Assembly: GCA_951406725.2 (NCBI GenBank)
Contig: OX597814.1
Coordinates: forward strand, 181,040,001-181,104,000
Source of the DNA: Octopus vulgaris
Lineage: Eukaryota
Reading direction: 5' to 3'
DNA length: 64,000 bases
Shown here: piece by piece, positions 54,405 through 64,000 of the stretch
Layout: each line of letters opens with the position of its first letter
Numbering within the stretch: the stretch's first letter is position 1
Position numbers and translations under genes: made by a program
The notes under the pieces: generated by a model
Told to the model about the DNA's origin: nothing
Databases searched by the model: none
Seen by the model: only the letters and a program-made list of their open reading frames with translations

Positions 54405-54788
54405 CTAGCAGTATCGCCCGGCGTTGCTCGGGTTTGTAAGGGAAATAACTATATAAGCATTTTTAGAGATGTAAAGTATAATAGCCATCTCAATATAGCT
54501 AACCACAAAGGGGGAGGGTTACAGTAGCTTTTTACGTTCTGAGATTTAATAATAAATCTTTAGAGAGTTACTTCCCTTATATATGCCAAAAATGCATTAA
54601 AAATTGATGGTAATTTTTTTTTTAAATCGTAGACTCATCGTAGACGCGCGCTAATACCCAGAAGGGCTCGATATGTATCACGACTATAAGATACCCGAAT
54701 TTGGTTAAACTGCACCGCAAAATGTGGGAGTAGTTAGGAATCTAAATCGTAGGAGACAGACAGCACACATCACTTTTATATATAAAGA
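54405..54788 (-). mobile_element. Non-autonomous Helitron
   Basis: Minus strand begins TC and ends with a GC-rich hairpin (cccgagcaacgccggg) plus CTAG, inserted between A and T with no TSD. Confidence 0.85.
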
Positions 54789-55519
54789 TATGAAAGACAT
54801 TACTAATCTTTTTTATTCTGAAGTTTGCCTTGACAATACAATATAAAGCTACAATTAATTTAATTCTTCGGAGTCAGCTTAATCCCACATTAGAAATAAG
54901 TAGATTCTAGTTATCACTTCCTTCGTTTCATAACGGAAAACAGCTGCAATTTTTACGATATGGAGTCTAATCCAGTCATGGGCAAACAGCTGGACTTTCT
55001 GAATGACTCTCTTAACCAAAAATTACCTTGACTTTTTTTTAGTAGTGAGGCCCATCTAATGATGAGTCATGTGGCCTGATTATAGATAAAAGCTGCCTTG
55101 CTAAAAATAGCAGCCAAACTCCCTCCCCGCCTCATACTACATTTCACTATCTTTACAGAAGTAAGCACATGGCATAGTGAATATTTTCGTGGTAGACAGC
55201 AAAACTGAAAGGAAAACAACTACAGGAAGGTCAGAACGAAGCAGATGGCTTTTGGTTTCGCCCCGCTTACACACCAACGCCCCCTTGTGATAATGCCAAG
55301 GGGGCATAATCACTCAGATTAAGAACTAAATGAATGACTCGATTAAAGGGAGATAATTCATTAAATATTATGTGAATTGTTTTGAATATAGAAATTTCAA
55401 AATCATTTCAGTTTTCTTCGCCCCCTTACTATGGTCACCAAATTTCAACATTTTGTATTCAACCTAATATATCAGCTGTTTATATTTAATTATTATTATT
55501 ATTATTTATAAATCTTATC

Positions 55520-55757
55520 TTAAAAGAAAGCAACGTTTATAATCGGGGAAGCAAAGAGAGATGCAGCACGGAGTTTTGTCAGTGAACAGGCCACGGTCTC
55601 AAAGCGACGAAAATATTTTGACAAATTAAATTTAAATGTTGAAGTGAATCTAACGGTTTTTGTGTTTCTTAAATGGCTTATAAACACTTTCCACGCTGCA
55701 ATTGTTTTCGTTCCAGCATACAATCTCAGATCAAGTCACTTGCAAGTACATCTCCGT
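55520..55757 (+). mobile_element. Single-arm copy of the inner Penelope-like family seen at 939-1125
   Basis: Near-identical to 939-1125 (gtcagtgaacagg...gaaaatattttgacaaattaaattt...caagtacatctcc). Confidence 0.75.
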
Positions 55758-56510
55758 AAGAAAAAAAAAATAGAGAGAGGTTTTATGCGCTTGATCGACC
55801 TGCAAAAAAATTAATCAACCCCCCCCCCAATAATAAATAGACACTTTCAACTAATCTTCGCAGGATAAGTTTAAAATAGGGCTAAACAATATATGGAAAG
55901 CCATAGTGGAATGATAAAATTTAATGCAAAGGGGCTAAACACAGAGGGGACAAACAAGGACAGACAAACGGATTAAGTCGATTATATCGACCCCAGTGCG
56001 TAACGGGTAATTATTTAATCGACCCCGAAAGGATGAAAGGCAAAGTCGACCTTGGCGGGATTCGAACTCAGAACGTAACGGCAGACTAAATACCGCTAAG
56101 CATTTCGCTCGGCGTGCAAACGTTTCTGTATATCTGAACTCAACAATGCAATACTCTAAACAAGTTATTTTGAACCTTCTATAAATGCATCCTTTCACCG
56201 AAGGGAGTTTCAATCAATACCCCCACCACCGCCTCGTATCATTTCTGTACCATTTGAATATTATTACTCTTATGAATAATTTATGTTGCAACAACAACTT
56301 GGATACCTCTGCTTGCTTAATATTACGTCGCTTACTGGGTAAAATGCTTAGCGGCATTTCGTCCGTCTTTAGATTGTGTGTTCAAATTCCGCCGAGGTTG
56401 ATTTTGCCTTTCATCTTTCTGACATCGATAAAATAAGAACCAGTGGGGTCGATGTAATCGACTTACTCCACCCTCCAAATTGCTGGTTTTGTGCCAAAAT
56501 TTGAAACAAA

Positions 56511-57341
56511 TGTTGGATCTTGCAGGCATGAAGTGGATTCGATCCACCATAGCCAAATTTATATTAACAGTTCAACAGAACTTTTCTCAAGGTAGAACAG
56601 TGGTTTTTCTGTGACAGCAGTTCTACATTTGCCAGATTGCCTTTAGCTTGGCCGAAATAATGTCTACACTACTTGACCCTTATAACCTCTTCTATTTCAC
56701 CAACAGCTAGAATAGAGATATCACAGTACCGCCAACAAAGCCCATTGTTCTCAAAGATATGTCTATCTTTCTGGATAGTTATAAAATCAAGAACCCCTAA
56801 GCAAAAAGCCAGTAATCACTTAGTGACAACTGAGTGAATCGGCTCGTGACAACTCAATCAGTTACAGACCGAACTGTTAGAATCATGATCACAAGCAAGG
56901 CAGCTACTAATGACAATAGTCAGACAGAGAAATGAAATTTACTGTCAGCAATTGTGAGACAAAGTCCCACAACCCTACAACTTTCACTAGCTCTATATCT
57001 GTTCTTTTACAACATCATTCTATCGCTATCGGTGGCTTACTGCTAAGAGAACGTGTACACAAAACTATACAAAGAAAAATTCTACCACATCTAACTTTCT
57101 TTTGCATGCTCTCGGATTTTATAACCTGCCCGATGAGGCAAGGCATTTTCAACGTAACAGTAAATAAATACTTTCTTAAAACTTCATGCATTGTTCATCT
57201 TTCACATCTTACAACATGCCGTTATAACAACAAATTTTTATCGTTACAACTGCTGACGTTTCATATTATTGTGTACCTAATCAATCTTAACCGTTACAAT
57301 TAAATTTCAACCGATACAAAAAGCAATCTTTAACCGTTACA
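56511..57341 (+). mobile_element. Solo LTR, copy 1
   Basis: TGT...ACA termini, 4-bp TSD CAAA (56507-56510, 57342-57345), internal TATAAAA and AATAAA, homologous to 57733-58483. Confidence 0.8.
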
Positions 57342-57732
57342 CAAATATTACGTCATTTGCCACTTATTTTTCTCGGCCCATCAATTACCATTTGCCTTTC
57401 TCGGTCCATCTTTTAACACGAAACATTATATCATTTATTTCCCTCAGTTATGTAATATATATTTTCAGCAATACTACTGATCAAACCACTAGTGATATAT
57501 TTGATTGTCCTGTGTTTGACCTCTCATTTCCTGTAATCCTTAATATATTTTAATACATTTATACACTCCTTCATTTATATACGTGAACATAGGTTTATAT
57601 CTGTATACTAAAGTTTTAATTAGAAAGAGACAAATTTCAAGGTCGGTAATACTCCTCATCAAAGTTAACATGTATCTAAAGCCATCATAAATGTGCGAAC
57701 ATATAACATATAAAAGCATATATATATATATA

Positions 57733-58483
57733 TGTAGTGGATCTTGCAGGTATGAAGTGAATTCGATCCACCATAGCCAAATTTTAAGTAACAGTTCAAC
57801 AGAACTTTTCTCACGGTGGAACAATAGTTTGCCTGATTGCTTTAGCAAGGCTGAAATAATGTCTTCACCACTTGACCTTTCTAACTTCTCCTATTTCACC
57901 AAAAGCTAGAATTAAGATAACAAGACCACCAACTAAATCCATTGTTCTCAACGATATGTCTATCCTTCTGGATAGTTATAAAAGCAAGAACCGCAAGCAA
58001 AAATCAGTTAGTCGGCTCGTGACAACTCAATAAGTTAGTTAGTGAATGATAACTCGAGTCAGAAACAGCTACCATCAGTTAGGGAGCGGATCACTAGAAT
58101 CATGATCACAAGCAAGGCATCTACTAAAGACAATGGTCAAATGGAGAAATGAAATTTACTCTCAGCAGCTATAAGACCCAACTTCCCACACTCTCACTAA
58201 TTCACTTTGTCTTCTCTGCACATTACCATATCTCTATGGTTTACTACTACAATAAGAACACACGGGGCTAAATTAACTTTTTTACTTTGCACGCTCTAGG
58301 ATTTTATCACCTGCCCGTCGAGGCAAGGTATATTCGATGTAACGATAAATAAATATTTTCTTCACAACTTCAATCACTTTTCTTTCATCTTTACATAATG
58401 AAGAATCTCAGACCTTTTAACAAATCAATCACAACTGTAACAAACTCAGTTTCAACCGATACACAATAATCTTCATCGTTACA
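57733..58483 (+). mobile_element. Solo LTR, copy 2
   Basis: TGTA...TACA termini, 4-bp TSD TATA, internal TATAAAA and AATAAA, homologous to 56511-57341. Confidence 0.8.
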
Positions 58484-60398
58484 TATACATATTATAGCAT
58501 AATTCCGTGCCCAAATCAAAGTTAGATGAGGAATTGCATAAATACATACAGACAAATCAAAAAGTCTTATGCTGATGAGACGACAGTTCACAATAATCCA
58601 GAAAGGGAAGTCCTCAAACGAGGAATCCAATAAATACGAAAGACTCTTACGGCCGTTTCCAGGAATGTGCGAAGTGTCTCAGTAAATCCTTTTCGTCTTC
58701 AATAGGATTTACCTACACACTTCTTCTGCAACAACTGCAGCAGAAGAAAGAGTCCAGTAACTATCTTGCCCATGTTTGCATGCATGAAAACAACATCATT
58801 AGGATAACTAATGAACTTGAGGAGAGATATTAAATAAAAGCTGATGCATGTTTATTCCCGAGGAGCATTACTAAATTCTATTTATGTGAAAAAGAAAATT
58901 TTGAATGCACCAGTTCACTGAGCAAGTAGTGCATGTGTACTTGGCACGAAAGACATAAGCTATAGAGGGATTAAATCATTCAACCGTTTAATGTCCGCCT
59001 TCCATGCTTGTATGGGTGTGACGGTGCCACAAGAGCCAGCCAGCACCAGACTTCTGTGACTGCTTTGGCAGGATTTTTACAGCTGGATGCACTTCTTAAC
59101 ACCAACCACTCAGTAGAATGGACTTAGTGTTTTTACATGGCACAAGCACAGGCGAGGTCTTTTTATTGCCATTCTTCCTGCACTACTAATCCTTTCCTCC
59201 AACCCATATGTACCATTGGTCACTTCCTGATATTCAACACTACCTTATTTCTACAGTTGTCCCTATTCTTTCTTATTCAACACTTGGTCTTCATTACATT
59301 CATCAGTCACTCTTCCATATTTTTTTGCAATCTCCGTCCACCTACATTCCGTTCTTACCATTATTTTCATCTCTTACCTGATCTATTCCCAGCTCTTCTA
59401 GAATGTGAGTAAGCACATAATAGCAACAAATTGTTCTGTTCAAGTCCGTCTCCTTCTTCATTGAAGCCACTTAATCGAAGGGGATTTTATGGCAACCTCA
59501 TTTGCGCTGGTGTCACGAAGAAAAAGAAAAAAAAAAAAAAAAAAAGCACACGGAGTAGTTGGCTTTAGGAAAAGCATACCAAACGATACTTCTTGAAGCC
59601 CTTCTTGTTAACTATTGTTTTTAGCATAGTGGATGTTTGGTTTATGAGAATAAATTGCACCACCACTTCAGTGGTATCAAGAAGATACAAATTGTCAAAC
59701 TAAGGCTACAGAAAATACTTTCTTGAGATGCCAAAACCGCAACTTGCGCTTATCTATAATTTCGTTTTGTGTCCACCTCTTCAGGACGACAGTTTTAAAG
59801 CTGTGTGAAAAAGTGCCACACCCTAGCAGTTGAGGGAATCTGGGATGAGGTGGTGAAGCATGACCTTCGAACACTGGACCTCACCGACACAATGACTAGT
59901 GACCGGGACCTTTGGAAATATGCTGTGCTTGAGAAGACTCGGCAAGCTCAAGTGAGACCATAACCTGGTGGCCTATGTCAGAGGTGTAACCAGCCCACTT
60001 ATGCGTACCTCTCCTTCATTGGACACTAAACTCTGCTTGCGAAGACCTGTTGAGGTAAGTGAAATCGAAACCAAATTCGATGACTTGCATCCGTGCTAGT
60101 GGAGCACTAAGAGTACCATACAAGCGTGATCGTTGCCAGAGCAAGCTGGCCTGTGCTGGTGGCACGTAAAAAATACCATTCGAGCGTGATCGTTACCTGC
60201 GTCGCCTTACTGGCACCTGAAAAAACATTCGAGCGAGGTTGTTGCCAGTGCCACTGAACTGGCTCCTGTGGAGGTGGCAAGCCATCTGGTTCGCCAGACC
60301 TGTCAAATCGTCCAACCCATGATAGCATGGAAAGCGGACGTTAAACGATGATGATATTCAAATGTATTTTAATACGTTCTGCAACCGATTTATACTTA

Positions 60399-61641
60399 CG
60401 AGGGACGTTCAATAAGTAATGCCTCTGACCCACTTGCAGTTGTTTGATCTAGCTGAAATTTTGCATGTGCAATCATTTATATCTCTATAGAGTAAGTGGC
60501 AAATTACAGCTCTGAATTAATTGTGGTTTCTGATTTACAGGTGTTTGAACCGAGTCAAGTGTGAAATGGAGCCTGTTGAGTGTCGAGCAGTGATCCGGTT
60601 TTTGTATTTGAAAAGACGCACACCAAGGGAGACTTTTGATGAAATGAAAGTAACTTATGGTGATGATGCCCCATCATATGACCTTGTAAAACGCTGGCAT
60701 CGTGAATTCAAACATGGTCGGAACTCTGTGGAAACAGCTCCCAGATCTGGTTGCCCCCTTCTGCCATTGATGAGGCATCTGTCCGTCAAGTTGATGCTGC
60801 CATTTTGGAAGATCGACGCATAACTATTCGCCAAATAGCCCATGAGGTCAAGATTAGTACCGGGTCTGTGGAAACTATCATTCATGACCATTTGCATATG
60901 CAAAAGGTGTCTGCCAGATGGATTCCCAGGTTGCTCACGCCTTTCCAGAAGCAAGAACGCGTTGAGTGCTTGAGGGTGAATTTGGAGATGTGCCAAAATT
61001 TTTCAAAAGACTGATTACACAGGATGAAACCTGGATCCATCACGATGATCCAGAGACCAAAGCCCAGTCAATGCAGTGGAAGCACCGTGACTCACCCCCT
61101 CCAAAGGCAAGGTCATGCTCAGTCTCCTGGGACCAGGACGGAGTAGTGATGACAGATTTCCTGGCAAAGGGTACCACAATTGCAGGAGCCTATTATGCTT
61201 CACTTTTGAGGAAATTAAGAGAAGTTATCAAAATCAAGAGGCGGGGTAAGATCAGCAAAGGCATCCTCCTCCTGCAGGACAACGCTCCGGTCCACAACTC
61301 GCTTGTCGCCAGATCAGCACAGGCGTATGGCTATGAACTCCTCCCCCCCTACTTTCCTGACCTTGCACCCTCTGATTTTCACCTCTTCCCAGTCATGAAG
61401 TTGTTTTTGAAAGGAAAGTGTTTCCCAGATGATGCAGCCTTGATTTCTGAAGTCACATTCAGGTTGGAGGACCAAGCTGGGGTCTTCTACAAAAACGGTC
61501 TCCAGAGCTGCATCAAACAATGGGAAAAATGCGTAACTCTGGGTGGTTCCTATGTAGAAAAAGACTAATAACTGTGCCAAGTTCCGTTGCTCTACTGGTA
61601 TGGGAAGTGGGTCAGGGGCATTACTTATTGAACGCCCCTCG
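60399..61641 (+). mobile_element. Near full-length mariner transposon
   Basis: TIRs cgagggacgttcaataagtaatgcctctgaccca / tgggtcaggggcattacttattgaacgcccctcg, TA target duplication on both sides, ~1.24 kb. Confidence 0.95.
60566..61568 (+). pseudogene. Frameshifted mariner transposase
   Basis: Three overlapping ORF pieces carry the HTH region, WIPRLL, DETW, QDNA and PDLAPSDFHLF motifs, with at least two frameshifts and small deletions. Confidence 0.92.
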
Positions 61642-63054
61642 TATTTTCTGAAAAAAAAACAACTTTAAATTCACCCATGTTTCCAAGATGCAGAGCTAAA
61701 AGGTACTCTTTGCTCCAAGAATATCAAGTGAAGATGCAGAATGTAAACATCAACACGAAAGTATTGGTAGGCAGTTATGCAATTATTTAGTCAACCATTT
61801 TATATCTCACTGCTGTATCTACAAATATATTTGGAATTCAATCACACGGCCATGCATGTGTAAAATCTCACCTACCAACCATATTTTATGTTCAGTACTA
61901 CTGCACTCCAAGCTTAAGCTTCGCACATAGATTTGGTAGAGTAACTGGCCAACATTCAGGTAGTGTCACTTATCTCCAATTTTCCTTCCATGAAAACCAT
62001 ATCCAACCCTGGATAAATAGGTGAGTTGGCAACAAAAGAGTATAGTTATAGAAAACCTACCTCAGCGAATTCTGCTTATTGCATGCAAGTATGGGAAAGC
62101 AGACATTAAAGCATTACTGACAACATCCATCACAGTTACTTGGAATTAAACCCATCAAGAAATAAAAGTTTAGAACACAGTCTGCCTCAATTGGAGAGAG
62201 GAAAAAAAAAAAAGCGTCCGTTATCAGTTTTAATGTCAACTTTTCCATTATACTGGCATGGGTCAAAAGTTTGAAGCAAATTCTCTATGGAGGTAGAGAG
62301 ATGGGGAGGAGGATTTAAGAACTGCTGTGTGTGTGTACACACGAATTTGTGTGAAGATAGGGATGTTAATAGCAATACTCTTTGTTGGTTGCCTGACCAC
62401 ACTACTTTATATGGAAGGTGTTACATTTGTAATTAAGCAGCATTGTTACAAAATTTATTGCAAAGATAAAAATGGTATTTAAATTTTTATTTTAATACTG
62501 GTATAAACACCATAAAAATTCAAAAATAAAATTGCATCTTTGGAACATTGCCTATTATTCAGTGGCAAATGTACTTTTGCTTTTACTAGCCATATGAAAA
62601 CAAATATTTTTCATTCAATGCAATCATCTCACCTACTTACAATTTCCATCTTTAAACTTTCAAAAACCATTAACATATAGAGCAAATCAAAATACTTGCA
62701 CATTTCACTTTGTTTAAAATCTTATTTCACTTCACTGTCAAGAGAGTACAGAGTTTTCATCAAGTTTAATGTCTTTTGGCCTAGTGCTTTGGCTCAGTAT
62801 AATATTGCAAATTTATGCAAACAATGAAAAATTAATGTAGTCGTCTTCCAGAAACACTGAAAAACTCATCTCCCCAGTCATTTTTATCCATCTAGCCACA
62901 GCAAAACTTGACTAGACTACCCCCCATATAAAAAAAAAAAAAAAAAAATCACATCTGGACCTCATTTGTAGGGAGAAAAATAATTATAATCAAATTTTAA
63001 ATATGCGCAATGACTTGCTAATAAAATACAAATAAAATATTGATGCAGTAAGTT

Positions 63055-63060
63055 TTTATT
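63055..63060 (-). terminator. Polyadenylation signal of RPL5
   Basis: AATAAA on the minus strand about 24 nt after TAA; short 3' UTRs are typical of ribosomal protein mRNAs. Confidence 0.8.
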
Positions 63061-63083
63061 GACCCCGGTCATAAGAAATAAAC

Positions 63084-63180
63084 TTAATCATCATCTTTCT
63101 TGAGACTTTTCAGATATTCACTCTTCTCCTTCTGAATACGAGCCTTGCGCTGTTCCAGAGTAAGCTTCTTGGCATTGTGT
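63084..63180 (-). CDS. RPL5: 60S ribosomal protein L5 (uL18), last coding exon
   Basis: Minus strand tttttgcag acceptor, phase 2. Reads (R)HNAKKLTLEQRKARIQKEKSEYLKSLKKDDD*, resembling the metazoan RPL5 C-terminus (RWNAKKLTxEQRK type). AATAAA follows shortly after the stop. Confidence 0.88.
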
Positions 63181-64000
63181 CTGCAAAAACAATTGAAATA
63201 CAATTAATCTTAAATATACCTAATTGGTTCCAAAATACATCCTATTTCAGAAAATCTAATTAAAATTTACAGTTACAAAAACTAAGATATTCAGACTTAT
63301 CAATTCATTTTTATGCCATTAGACTGGCCATGCTGGGGCATTGCCTTAAATTTTTTTTTAATTGAATGAATCAACCTCTTTCTTTTGCCAAATCACATTA
63401 CAGAGATTTAAAAACACACCAACATTTGTCAAGCAATGGTGGACAGATACACAGAAGAGGGCTCCTTTCTGTTCCCATCTACCAAATTAACTGACAAGGC
63501 TTTGGTTGCCCTGAAGCTATAGTAGAAGACACTTGTTCAAGGTACCATGTGGTTGGGAAGCAAGCTTCTTAGCACACAGCCATGCCTGCACTATCTCAAT
63601 CATAATATAAAGAATATTTTAGATTACTTGTAACAGGTTTGACAGTCATAACATGATTGGAGAATCATCAGAATAAATCAAACCTAATGAATCAAAACAG
63701 AAATTTCAATTGTACCAGTAGTACACTATAGTATGCTACACAGCTCTTTACACATTCTTTTCTGCAGCTCATTCAGTCTGTATATGATCCTTGCTTTTCT
63801 TGTAGCCATGGTTTATCGTATACAAAACAATTCACACCTTATGTAGTTCAATTAAATTCTAAAATAATCAGGAATTTAGGCTGCTTTAACCCAGTCAAAT
63901 ATTGTTCTATGTTCAAACTAGCCAGATGCAGCCTTTCATACTCATCCTACAATGTCATTCTAAAGATAAGGAATCACACGAAAATCAAAGCTACAAGATT

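Noticed and set aside
63183-64000. Intronic snoRNA in RPL5 (vertebrate RPL5 hosts snoRNAs); hairpin near 63779-63824
   Set aside because: No properly spaced C/D or H/ACA boxes were found by eye.

Overview
AT-rich, microsatellite- and transposon-dense animal genomic DNA. The repeat landscape looks like Octopus or another coleoid cephalopod (inference). The + strand carries the 3' regulatory end of a calcineurin A (PP2B catalytic subunit) gene: the calmodulin-binding exon (21026-21110), the next exon (21709-21806), the terminal autoinhibitory-domain exon (32861-32988) and a probable ~5.5 kb 3' UTR. The - strand at the far end carries the last exon of ribosomal protein L5. Almost all supplied ORFs are noise from microsatellites or decayed transposons. 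Two systems stand out. (1) A set of frame-preserving, phase-1 cassette exons or microexons (93, 12, possibly 3, 36 and 30/48 nt) hidden in the two calcineurin linker introns. (2) Several hammerhead-ribozyme motifs in Penelope-like/retrozyme-like elements, including a fully canonical one inside a 458-nt unit with 46-bp terminal direct repeats, and a family with hammerhead geometry but a non-canonical core. The window also holds two adjacent solo LTRs with their own TSDs, two non-autonomous Helitrons, a near full-length mariner, LINE relics and many SINEs.
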